A DNA stretch of 64,000 nt from Phaeosaccion multiseriatum. Its lineage: Eukaryota > Protista > Ochrophyta, other classes. How positions within the stretch are numbered: position 1 is the first letter of the stretch; each line of letters begins with the position of its first letter. Positions 50,901-62,845 of this stretch are shown here, piece after piece. The notes below the pieces were generated by a model that did not search any database, was not told where the DNA came from, and saw only the letters and a program-made list of their open reading frames with translations. The DNA lies in NCBI GenBank assembly GCA_965112735.1, contig OZ218950.1:2976001-3040000 (forward strand), given 5' to 3'. A program made the position numbers and the translations under genes.

Positions 50901-53866
50901 TCGCTGGTGGTGTTCGATGGCGTCTCCGTTGTCCTCTGCTTCTCTCTTGAGCCCTCCCAGTCGGTCAGCTCGTATCGCCCACTCGCTATACTCAGACAGG
51001 TTGAGACGGACAGGGAGAAGGAGAGAGGATTAAACAACGAGGTGCGTGCGTGCGTGTGTGAGGTGGGGTGGGGTGGGAGGGGGATGTGGCATGGATTGCA
51101 CCTCAAGTATGCCGTATGGACAAATGTACAACTGGACCTCCTTCACTTCACTCACGCGTCTGTCAGCAGCAGAGTGACGGCTCCTTGTAGACGCCGGCCT
51201 CGCTCGTCGGTCATAGCGGACAAGAAGGCCTGCAGGAAGGTGTCGAGGGCCTTTTCGGAGTCGTTTGTCGCCTCGCCAAGATAGGGCAATGTCTTCTCAA
51301 GACCGTACTGCTCGTTGGCCAGTTGGTCCTCCACGTTGTTGACTGCCTCGCATGCGCGTGGGGTCAGCTCGGAAACCATCTTGGAGAGGGCGTCGGTCAA
51401 GTACGTGATGGCGAACGAAGAACACGATTGCTCTTCGTCAGCGTCAGGTGCCATCTGCGAGGCAGCAGCTGTCGTGGCACAAGGCAGGATGGAAGTGGGA
51501 AGAACGCGCCGCCAGCCCAGACCCTCAACCGGCGAGTGCACAATCTTGTCGATGGCGCGGAAGGCGGCAGCGTAGAGCCGGGGCTCGACAGAGACCTCCT
51601 GGCTGTACGACTGCGAGAGAGAGGGGGGGCGGGGGGTGGGGGGGTTTATACAGGGGTTATTAAGGGCGAGATCTTGCAGGCAGACACGCTAGATGATATG
51701 GGACTGTGCCCCCTTTTCAAACAAGAACAGTCTGACAAAGGAAACGTCAACGACAGCCAGACCAACATAGTGCACTCTGCCACATCGCCTCTTCGACGGG
51801 TTGGAGCCGAGCAGCCACCACAAGCGAGTCGGGGGGGGGGAGGGGGGGCAAGTCTCACGTACCAAGAGGGAAGCACGGAGGAGGTCACCAAAGGCGAGGT
51901 TGTCACGGTGGAGGGCGAGGGTCACGTGGGTAGAGACATTGTACCCTCGAGACGTCTTCAGCAGTGGCGAAGAGGGCCGGCAACAGGTATGCGCAGTGGG
52001 CACGCAGATAGGGGAGGGAGGAAGGGGTTAGGGAGGGAACGCACAAAGGACACACGGAGGAATGGGAACAGTTGATGGATCGAAGGAAGCAAAGGAAAGG
52101 AGGGATGGAAGGAAGGAGGGAAGGCGAGCAGGAAGGAAGGGACGGCGGAAGGGAGGGTACATGGATGAGAGGGAGACAGGGAAGGGAGAGAGGCAAGAGA
52201 AGGAAGAAAGGGAAGGACGCAAGGAAGGGATGGAGAGTGGGTGGGAGGGCAGGAGTGAGGGCGGCCGGAGGGTGGACTAGGAGGGAGGGAAGGAGAAAGG
52301 GAAGGAGGGAAGCAAGGGCGGAAGAGGGGAAGAAAAGGAAGAGAGAAAGGGAAGGAAGGAAGGAAGGAAGGAAGGAAGGAAGAGGCAGAGGAAGGGAGAA
52401 GAAGCGAGCGAAGGGAGAGAAGAAAGAAAGGAACGATGGAACGACGGAAGTGGGCTTACCGTGGCCGAGTGTACGATGCCCTTGGGGAGGTAAAGCGAGT
52501 CCCCGACAGTCATGCTGACATTCGAGCAGCGCATCGAGTCTCGAATGAGGTGCGTCGTGCAGCCCTCGATGGACCCCATCTTTGCCTCCATCTGAGTCAC
52601 GAAAGGGGAGAGACAGAGGACAGGGAGAGAGAGAGAGATGATTAGCATCGACGACTAAACCTCAACCACTCTGGACAGCAGCAAAAGCAAGAGCAGGCAC
52701 AGCAAAAAGATCAGAGTCTAGCCTATGGGTGATGAAGGGAGGGAGTTGGTTGTTATGTGTGCAACTTTCCTTCCTCACCATATCGGAGAAGTCTGCCGCT
52801 GTAAAGGGGTGGGAAGGGTACTTGCTGCGCTCCTGCGAGAGGCGCCACGACACGAGACGAAGGGTGGGTGGTGTGGCGGGGAGGGGGGAGAGCAAGAGGG
52901 ACATTTAGCGAGCAAACGACAGGGAGGATTGCCACTTTGCAAGTGGTCAAAGCATTGGGTTGACAGACAGAGGTGCGAAGGGTATAGAGGACGAGGACGA
53001 GGCAGGATGAAGGTCAGACATGACTGGCTGTGGCAAGATAGAGTCAGAAAGACCGATATTCATCTCGACAGTTCTCGCTCCCTGGCGCCTTGCTTGCCCC
53101 CCCCCCCCGCGCGCCCCTCCCCCACCTCCCCATTCACACCCCCCTGTTTCGCGCTCTCTCACCTCCTGGAGATCAGCGAAGGGCATGCAGAGCTCCCACT
53201 CTTTCTTGCCCTGCAGCTGCACCACGAAGACATCGTACATGTCTGTGTGCGGCTTGAGCGCCACTGCTTCAGGGCCGGAGTGATCTGTGTGTGGCAAATC
53301 GCGAGGGAGAAAAAAAGAAAAAGGGGTTCAGAGAATGCACGAGTCTACTACCAGAGCTCTGCGCTCATGGTGCGTTGTAGGTCTCCTTTGTTGGCAATTG
53401 GCTCTCGCCTCTGCGTCTGATAACGTTCTGTGGCGGATACTCAGTTACACCCTTTACACCCTGCTGTCAATGGCACTGCACACTGTCCTGCTCGGGAGGA
53501 AAGACAAAAAGGTGAAAGGAAAACACTCCAAGAACGCCGTGGCGGACTTACAAACGTTCATGCTGGTGGTGGGGTGGGTCGGGTGCGGTAGACAGACAGA
53601 GAGCGCCGATCATGTCGGGGACGTAGGCAGGGGCAGATGGGTGGACAGAGTGGCAGGCCGGCAGGCATACGCAGGGGGGGAGACAGGGAGAAGGGGGGGG
53701 GGGGGAGGGAGGAAGAAAGAGCAGGAGGAAGAAGCGGAAGGGAGGAGAGGCGGGTGAGCGAGACGACATGCAATGCGTAAGCCATGTTTCCCGGGGCGGA
53801 AGTCTGGCTGGCAGCCCGGCATACAGGCCGCAAGCAAGTGGGCAGACAGACAGGCAGGCCGGCCGG

Positions 53867-53901
<35 letters not shown>

Positions 53902-54748
53902 ACACGTAGGCTGGCAGGAGGCCAGATATACACCCCCAACACTACAGGACCCACTTCGTCAGGCAATAAGTCAAGACACGACACTTGCTACGGGGGGGGG
54001 GTTCTCGCTATGACGTCGAGGAAGAGATACGACCGAGGAAGAGAGACAGAGACAGATAGACAGAGAGAAAGAGAGAGTGAGTGTGTGTGAGAGAAAGAGG
54101 AGGGCGCGCGCTTACCTCACAGGAAGGCTGAGCTGCTCCTGGAGCTCGCGGTGGAACTTCTGAAGCTGACTCGACATGCTCGCCTCGTTCTGAACCGTGA
54201 TGACCGCGGAGCCTTTCCTGTCCTCCTCGACGAACTTCACAAAGGCCTCGTACGTCATATCTGCGGGCATGGCCGTGCTGCTTCCCCAGCTCCTGAACTG
54301 GACCTCGTTCTGGCGGATGAGGGGCTCCAGGTCACGCTGGGTGGGAAGCAGCAGTGCGGACGGGCAGCAGGCAGGGAGGGAAGGGTTAAGAGTTGGCCTG
54401 GTACCAGCCCGTGTGTGTGGCTGGGCATCTTTCCTCACCTCAGCAACAGAAAGCGGGAAGGTGTTCACCAGAACCGTGGATCCGGAGGCCGACACGCCCA
54501 GACCGCCATTGTACAACGCGTGGGTGCTGCTCTTCCAAGCACCATCAGCCGCAGTAGCAGCGGCCGAAGTGCTATTGGCGTCCAAGTATGCCTGAGTCAC
54601 GGAAGCTCTGCCCAAGGCACTGCGATGCAGGAAATGCGCCCCGTACTTGCTCTCAAAGAAGGTGGAGACCTTCGAGGGGCCTCCTACGAGGTAGGAGAGG
54701 GCACTGAACCTCGCCCCCTCGGAATCAATTGCTGGTGGGAACTGTTGT

Positions 54749-54780
<32 letters not shown>

Positions 54781-55135
54781 ACCTTTCCAGCGCGTCTGGG
54801 AGGTCAGGGGGGTACAAATACTTTGCATGAGCGATCATGTTCCACGGACCAAGTGAAGGCACACCAGTGATGCAGCAAAGAAGGGGGAGGAGCGCAGGAA
54901 GGGGTTTTACGCAGTTCTTCATGGGGGCAAAGTGAAGAATTCAGACCCAAGTCACACGAGGGGCGCTCCTTCTTACATGGTGAGCGGATGGGGAGAAACC
55001 GAAGGAAGCTGGAGGACTTCCTGCTGCTGGCGAGGGCAATCCGAAGAGGTAAAGCACGAGCGTGCTAAACAACACACGGGACCGAGAGCGCGCCCGCTCA
55101 CCAACGTGGGAACCTCTCCCAGGCATGCTAGACAT
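42923..55135 (-). CDS. Large multi-exon protein: signal-like N-terminus, ROX/NO66-type JmjC 2OG-Fe(II) oxygenase, Cys-rich repeats, PKD-like and VWD/root-cap-like (GDP) domains
   Basis: MNVY..ALKPHTDMYDVFVVQLQGKKEWELC, GDSLYLPKGIVHSAT, STHVTLAL; C-rich exons; VTFDASGTYDPDG; GDPMIFGLQQQVFLFEG. Every intron checked is GT-AG with matching phase. Confidence 0.75.
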
Positions 55136-55503
55136 ACCAACAATGATGAGTGCCCTCCCTGCGCACCAGTGCAGTATGTTCCCTCTACCCCCCCCCCCGA
55201 TCCCCCCCTACCCATATTTATATGCGGCATTTCTGTAAGAGGTGGAATTCATATATATTACACCCTTAAGGTGGAATTCATATGATACGTCGACAACTGT
55301 GACTTTCTTTCCCTGCGCACCATCTCCACCACCACCGCCATATGTTCTCTCTACCCCTATGGTAATTTCTTTCCCTTGCGCTGAGTGCTGCCTGCGCTTG
55401 ACGAGGAGCTTGAAGAGCTTATGTTTTTATTTTTTATTTTTTAATTTAATTTTTTTAATTTTTAATTCCCTTTTTTTCTTTTTCCGCTCGGTTTCGAATG
55501 GTT

Positions 55504-55770
55504 TCGGCTCCACCGCACGGCTTCTCTGGCCCCCCGATAAGCAGAAGCCTGAGGCGGCCTGCGGCCGAAAGCAAGAAGCCCGGGGCTGGGCTGCGGCCAG
55601 AAGCCTGCATAATCTCCCCCCGCCCCCCCCCCCCTCCCCCGAGCCCCCATGAGAAGCCTGAAGCCCGCCCAGCAGACCGCTGGCCTGCGGCGAAAAGCCC
55701 GCGTTGGCCTGCGGCCAGAAGCCCGAAGCCTGGAGGGGGCTATGGCCCAGAAGCCTCGCTCGGCGCCCCA
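55504..55770. repeat. Cluster of GGCCTGCGGCC-AGAAGCC repeats; probable degenerate TIR element related to A-D
   Basis: Starts TCGGCTCC..GGCTTCT; multiple GAAGCC copies; right end only weakly complementary. Confidence 0.45.
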
Positions 55771-56246
55771 GAGCAAATGCGGAGACTGGATGGTACACCC
55801 CCCCCCCGCCATGGAACTAGTTAGTGCAAAGGACTGTAAGAGAGCTCACTCACCTTTCTAGAGACACCCAAATGACCCCCCCGGCCCACCCCCTTCCCCC
55901 CAAACTACTGGTTAGCGAGTTTGAACATGCGCATCGTGTTGCCTCTTCGTCGAGACAAGTCGAATGCCGGCATCGTTGCCTCCTGCAACCTCTTCAAGTT
56001 CAGTTCTACTAGTTGCAGCATGTGGAGGTCTAACAAACTGAAACTCCTGTTCCTTACGTAAGGGCCATGCGGGTCTTACGTAAGGGTGTCTTGCAGCCCA
56101 GAGGGCCCTTCCCCCCCCCCTAAAGGGCCTCCATCGCCGACTTGAGTAGTTTTTGTTACGCTCCCCAGGTAGGGGTGGGCAAGGGGAGTGCAATACCATC
56201 CTCAAACTCTTTTCCGCTTTAAAATGAAAAAAAAATGAATACATTC

Positions 56247-57433
56247 TTAAAGTATGAGGACGGCATGGTTTGGGGGCGTGTCCCCACCGCTTCTCCTTCT
56301 GTTGCCGACCACACCGCTATAGAATCCTTTCGCCAGCCACCCGATGCCTCTCGGCACCGCCATGGATATACGCTTGGCCGCGCCTTCCGCCTCACGGTCG
56401 TGATGGGCTGTTGCTGTTACTATTGCTGATCCTGCTGCTGCCGCTGCTGCCTCCGACCTTGAGCCTGATTCCAGCCCAGTTATACAGGGCGTATCTTCCC
56501 CTCCCTCCTCCTCCTCCTCCTGCTGCTGCTGCTGTTGCTGCTGATCCTCCTCGGGCAGGAATAGCCCATCTTTCGTGGTAATCGTCGATCGCTCCAGATC
56601 CACAGACTCGAACAGGGCCGCCCGGTCCGGGTCCTCGTCCAAGACAATATCCAGCTCCTCCTGCTCCTCCTCCTCCTCCTCCTCCTCCTCCTCCTCCTCC
56701 TTTCCGTACTCTTGCTCCATCCTACTCCTCATCCTTCTACTTCTGCTGCCGATGCCCTCCTCGTCAATTTCCAGCACACGGTCACTTAAATCTTCCACGG
56801 CGGAAGCCATGCTGTAAATGCTGTTGCTCGCTTCGCTACTGCTCAACAGGCTATTCTCTCTCCTCGCCTTGCTAGCGCTGCCCCCCGCTCCAGATGGCGG
56901 CCGTCCCTCCGAGTAGAGGGTTCGGGCGCCTCCTCCCCCCCTATCTCCCGGCCCTGCCCTTCGCTCCATTTCGTCCTCCTCCCTCAGGAACATGACCGCC
57001 TCTTGCGATGACACTTTCAGCCTCGCGTCCCGCAATTCCCTCTTCAAGTCTTCAATCTCCAGCGTGAGCCTCATTTCCGCCCCGTCTTGCTCCTCCATTG
57101 TCCTCCTCACGGTCTCACGCAACGCTTGCACGAGGCCGTCTCTCTCCTCGATTTGCCGTTTCGAGCTCGCCACCTCCAGTTGAAGGCCCTTCATGGCAAC
57201 ACACATTTCTTCTCTATCGAGCATGTCTACGAAAACGCTTCCGAAACTACCACCCCGACTCAGACTCGCTCTTCTCTGTCCCATGGGCACCGGTGAATCA
57301 CCTGCTGCTGCCCTGCCCTCCCCCCTCTGTGGCTGTAACCTCTCCGAGTCAGATCGCATCATGGCGAGCTCCTGTTGCTTGACGCCCGCACTCGGCTCGG
57401 CGTGCCCCCCTTTCGCCTCCTGCTGAATTATCA

Positions 57434-57504
<71 letters not shown>

Positions 57505-58484
57505 TGCTGTAGCTCCAGGAAGGCGATGTGAGCCTGAGCCATTTGCATCTTCTCCTTGAGCTTGCTCTTTTCACTCGCCAGTGCCGCCACCTCCATGGCG
57601 AACTTGGCCTGGACCTTGCTCTCCAGCTGCTGGACCTGCTCTGCGGATATCCAATAACATCCGCTGCCTGCTTCATTGGCACCACCAGTCCTACTGGAGA
57701 GTCCCTCTTCTTGCTCTTCATCCTGCCCTCCACCTTGCAGCACCTCCTGCTGCTGCTGCTGCTCCAGTCGCCCTCGGTTTGCTCTCTCCCCTCCTCCTTT
57801 GGTTGATATAACACCCGCCTCTGCTCGAGCGAGAATCTCGTCAGTGTCCACCGGTCGTCCCAGCCCGGCCCAAGCAAGCTCGAGCTCATGCTCGCCCTGA
57901 GCCTTCTTCAGAAGTAGCGCCATGGCCTCTTGTAGCCGGCATCGGAGGCCATCAAGTTCCCTCATCGCCTCTCCACCACCGCCGCCGCTCCCGTCACCGA
58001 CGAGGCTTCCGCCAGCTCCAGGGCGGCTTTGGTGGGTTCTCAGCAGGGCCCTACATTGGTCGAGCGCCCGGCACAGCTGCACATCCAGAAGCACGGTCAG
58101 CTCCATCCCCTGTTGCGACTGCCGGCCGACCTGATCAAACAGTGCAGTGGCGCTTTGGTGGGCCTCTTCTCGCTCCCCCGTCGCCTGTTGCGGGTACTGG
58201 TGTTCGTGTATGTGGCCCCCATCTTGCTGCCGCCCATGCTCCCCATTGAGGTCGGTGGTCTGAAGCGAGGAGCTCGCCTTGTGCGGAGAAGGGAACGAAT
58301 CGGAGGACACAGCCGCTGCTGCGTTTCCTTCGCGAGCCCTCAGAGCCGTTCCGATCCTCTCGGCGATGTCAGGAGCACGCTCCTGATACCTCTTTAATCG
58401 GCTCGTCATGAAGCTGGCAATAGCCGCAGGTTGGGGCTGAGGCGAAGGGTACTGTTGGTCTGTATGCCCCTGCCCCTGCCCCTG

Positions 58485-58532
<48 letters not shown>

Positions 58533-59099
58533 CTGTGTCCCTCGGCCACCACTCTCTCCGTCACGGTTCTGCGCATTTGAGGCCGTACGCCGCTTCCGTC
58601 GATATGACTGGAGATGTCGCCGGCCCGACTCCACTGCAGCTGTCGACGTTCCCCGCGGGGCCTTCTTCTCATGCGCCACTCTTGCCACAGGCTTACCGAC
58701 TGGCCAAGAGGCCTTGCTACCACCAGAGACAGGGGACCGCTGGCCAGTCACAAGCTCCCCTGCCTTGTCCTGCTCGGGGGGCTGCCGACCAGGTCCATCT
58801 GCATCATCGGTGGCGGCCGACGGGGGAGGGCCAACGGGAGGAAGAGGCACCTGGGCAGAGCTACCGACGCTTCTCACCACTCCAGGATGTGGAACCTCCC
58901 TCTGGTAGGCCTTAGCTCCCACCCCTGCTGGTTTGCTGTCATGGGGAAAGCCTAGTCGTTGAGGGGGTGGGCCAACGACGGGTGCTGTTGATCGAGGTGG
59001 TGGCCGAGCAGGCGACGGCGTGCCAAAGGTGGGCAACCCGAGACTTTCTGCACCGTCTGCAGATGCGTCTTCTACAATGTCGCTGAACCAATTCTCCAT
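56247..59099 (-). CDS. Single-ORF low-complexity coiled-coil hypothetical protein (~950 aa)
   Basis: 2.85-kb open frame with heptad-like segments (LESKVQAKFAMEVAALASEKSKLKEK; LEVASSKRQIEERDGLVQAL), poly-Q/E. Confidence 0.75.
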
Positions 59100-59169
59100 C
59101 GCAGGAGGCAGAGCCACGCAAAGGGAGGAGGATCAGGAGCAGTAGGGGGAAGTGCCAGCCTGTGAGTCA

Positions 59170-62050
59170 GAGTGGAGAGCCAACTTCTCCCTTTAGTTTT
59201 TTCTTCAAATGGCCACTTCCACAATCGCATCGATTTTCGGATCTACACCAGTTTCGATGCGATTTACGTTACAAGCTCGCGGCTACCCCTATGTTTAGGG
59301 GTATGCCGGTCACGGTCATGATCTGCAAATTCAAATCCATGGCGGGGAAGTGGGAAATCTGGATGAGAAAACAGGGAGGACAGCGTCGATAGCGCACTGC
59401 AAGCACATCACTGGATGCAGCGTGCTTAGGGCTTTAAGAATGCTCTCTGTGACCTTTCTCCTACTGATCATCTTCAGCTGTAAAAACGCCCTCCAAGCGA
59501 AAATTGAAATGGCCACTCCGGAGCGTCCTCACCACCTCCGGTACTGGATCGATGTACTTTCAAGCATGCAGAAACGCCCTGCGGCAAGAAGACAAGAGTG
59601 ACACTGGCTGTCGCACCCAGTGGAACCAGGAAGGAGCAGAAGCGCTATGGCAGCGTGTGCTCTAAGGAGCACGTCCAGGAGACGGAGGATGAACTTCTTG
59701 CGGAACGAATGGAACGGGCCAACATCAAGACGCCGCCGGCAAAGAGGAGCGAGATACAGCATCGGTGGGCTTCGCTGGTGAAGGGGTCCAAGTATTACTC
59801 TCCCAAGGGTGTATCAGAGTCCGCAGCGAAGAAGAGGAAGCTCCGAGACGGCGATTGGGGGGAGGAGGGTCCAGCTGAGGATACGGCCGGCATGCTCTTC
59901 ACAGAGGCCGCAAAGAAAAGCAGAGAAGCTGCGGAGGCGAGGGAGAGGCAAGAGGCAGCAAGCAAGAAAGCAGAGGGTCTTGCGGAGAAGCGCACAGCCC
60001 TAGAAACGGCGAGGCCGAGATGCAGCCTCAGAAGCGGAGCAGGGGGTGACGCAGCAGCACAGCAGCAGGAGCAAAGCCTTTCTTCTGCGACCAGGTGGAG
60101 TACTACGAGGGCGACGCCGAGCTTGCTGCGCTTCACTACGGGCTTTGCACCTACAAGGCGGCTTGTGTGAAGGGAGCCTGTGACGACTGCAAGCCCGGCG
60201 TGAAGGGTATCCCCCATTGTGAGTACAGCGACGGAAACTACACGCACACGGTGCAGGTGATAGAGTGGGCGCCAGTGGTGACAAAAGAAGGGAAGAAGCA
60301 CGACCGGCAGAACGTGGTTGTGGAGATGACTGTGGCCGAGCTGTCTAGGAGGGCCGAGCAGTACCTCCGGCAGAAGTACATCCGGTATCATGTCGCGACG
60401 AAGGTGCAGAGGCTTGCTGCCGAGGTGACTCTGAAGCGACTCAAGCCCCATCAGATCATAATGGGGATGGACTTTTCGGAGAAGCATAAGCTCCGCGGTA
60501 CGTCAGAGCAAGAGGGGCGCCCACTTCTCTCCCCTCCCGTCCTCCCCCCACCCTTCCTCCCTCCTCTCCCCCCCCCCCTGCTCCCTCCTTTTCCTTCCTA
60601 ATGTATTCGTGTGTTTCTCTCCTGCTCTCCCTTTCATCAGGCGCGTTCTCTGTGACCTGCGGCACATGTCCGTCCGCGATGCTCATGATTTGCTACGTGC
60701 ACTGCCGCCCCAGGATGTGGGGGGGGAAGCCCGTCCATGACGTGCACGCTCAGATTTTCATCTCCGACGACTCCCTTCAAGACCAAGCCTTCCATGAGCA
60801 CTGCTGCAGCCTCATGCATCAGGAGTACAAGGGATACTTCAAAAATCACGGCCTCAAGCTGAAGGAGTGGATCAACGTCACTGACGGGTGCGCCAAGCAG
60901 TACAAGGGCGCAAAGAACTTCGCCTTCGTTGCCTCCTGTCTCAAGTTGTGGGGGGTGAAGATGACGCACATGTTCCACACCACCTCGCATGGTAAGGGGC
61001 CCCACGATGGGCTTGGGGGTACCATCAAGGCCATGGCATCGAGGAGGACGGACATGGGGGAGAGGGTGATGAACTCAGCGAAGGACTTTGCCGCCTTCGT
61101 GACTGAGATGTTTGACACCACCGCCCAGCCAATGTCGGACGAAGACTACTTTGGAAAGGGCTGGACACCTTTCACAGCCCGGATGACCCGTGTGAGGTTT
61201 ATTGCCGCCGGCAGCATTCAGCGGGAGGACGTGAACATCAAGGGCATCCAGGGCACCCAGAGTATATACCACTACGAGGGCGATGTGGAGAAGGGTGGCT
61301 TCGTTTCGGAGGCCACGATTGGAGCGTTCCATCAAGGCCAGGACTATGATGTTGCGTACCCACTTCATGTTCGCACGATGAGCTGTAGCTGCACCCCCTG
61401 CAGCAAGGGCGAGTACGAGGACTGCTTCGCCGCGCGAAGAATGGGCAAGGCGACCTGTTTGGGGGGGAGCCAAAGCTTGTGTACCTGTACCAGTCTATAG
61501 TGGGAGACAAGGGCCCGCTTCTCACTCGGGCCAGTGTAGTCGCGATGAACCGGCCTACGTTGGAGTCTTGCTGCGCACGGGAAGGGATTAAGTACTCGAA
61601 AGGGACCCTCAAGCAGGGGCTGGTGCAGCTCCTGTTGGCGCGCCTTGCGTCCCGCGAAGCACCCGCGGAGCAGCCTGTGACGCCCGTTGTAGAGCCTTCG
61701 GCACCCCCAACACCTCCCACCACCCCTGCTGTCCTCTCTAGCCCGCCCCCGGCCGCTCCAGACACTGCTGTCATGATATAATTGACATAAATCTTACAGA
61801 AATTTTACTTTTAGTGCTTTTAATTGACATAAATATTACTTTTAGTGTTTTCAATATTTCTCCCAACCCCCCCTTTCTCCCTCGCCCTTCGTTTCTCGGC
61901 AGTGCTGCGAACCGGACGACAGCTCTTCTTGTAGAGGGCATCCTTGCGCAGATTCTGACCTACCACACACCTTCGTACACCTTTCTGGCCAAGAGTTACG
62001 AGCTTTGGAAGCTGGGGCAGAGCAGCGATTGTGGAAGTGCCCAATTCTTT
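59170..62050 (+). mobile_element. Decayed Sola2-like DNA transposon; transposase with frameshifts, one intron (60498-60640) and a SAP-like C-terminus
   Basis: Catalytic-like motifs MDFSEK, TDGCAKQYK, TSHGKGPHDGLGGTIK; CSCTPC; imperfect inverted repeat 59207-59228 / 62025-62046; family call from recalled motifs, ends approximate. Confidence 0.75.
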
Positions 62051-62155
62051 AAAAATGCAGCTGGGGGTAGTCGAGTAAAGGCCCGCTGATCTCCGGAGCG
62101 TGCATAGCATTGCTGAGAAGAGCAGTTTCAAGATTTGTTAAGAAGAGCAACTGGA

Positions 62156-62845
62156 ATGCGGTGGCGAGCTTTCGCGAGTGCGGGCTTGGTTCAGATTGGG
62201 GCCCATGGCGCTCAAGCTTTTGTTTGTGGCTCTTCCCTCGCGTCATGTGTAGCTTCGTATTTATACGGTACGTCCCTTGCCCTTCCCTGCGTCTCCCCAG
62301 TGGGCGTCCTCCTGAACCCCATTCTTCTTCTTCTTGCTCCGGGGAACACAGGTAACATCAGCAGCCGACGATGCCTATCAAGCGGGAGCGTCTCGCCTCC
62401 CCGGCAGCACACACTAGCCTGGAAAACGCCAAACAAGGGAATGATTAAGTTCCAAGCGTATGATGGCGAGCTACTACGGACAGCGGCTTTGAGGGAAGGC
62501 CTTGTTTCGCCACATAATGAAAAAGCCAACGTGATCAATTGTCGAGGCCTCGGAACCTGTGGGACCTGCTCCGTCGAAATCGAGGAGCCCATCGGAGACC
62601 GCAATAAGGTGGAAGACTTTCGCCTTTCCGTTCCACCGGGGCACAACAAAGAGTCGTCCAAGGCCTTACGCTTGGCGTGTCAAATTGTGGTGCGAAAAGA
62701 CTTGACCATCACCAAACGAGTTGGGTTTTGGGGACAGTACAAGGAGATGGCAGAGCCTTCCGAGCCAACCAAGCCTTTCGGACAGCTAGAATATGTTCTA
62801 GATCGCACGTCGTCAAAGTCTTCGGGCGGTGGGAACGAAAACTGA
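62156..62845 (+). CDS. 2Fe-2S ferredoxin-like protein with N-terminal presequence, intronless
   Basis: NCRGLGTCGTCSV..E..RL..LRLACQ..GFWGQ (C-x5-C-x2-C...C). Confidence 0.85.
   Translation: MRWRAFASAGLVQIGAHGAQAFVCGSSLASCVASYLYGTSLALPCVSPVGVLLNPILLLLAPGNTGNISSRRCLSSGSVSPPRQHTLAWKTPNKGMIKFQAYDGELLRTAALREGLVSPHNEKANVINCRGLGTCGTCSVEIEEPIGDRNKVEDFRLSVPPGHNKESSKALRLACQIVVRKDLTITKRVGFWGQYKEMAEPSEPTKPFGQLEYVLDRTSSKSSGGGNEN

Noticed and set aside
55240-55285. AGGTGGAATTCATAT short direct repeat
   Set aside because: Only two copies, no array or element structure
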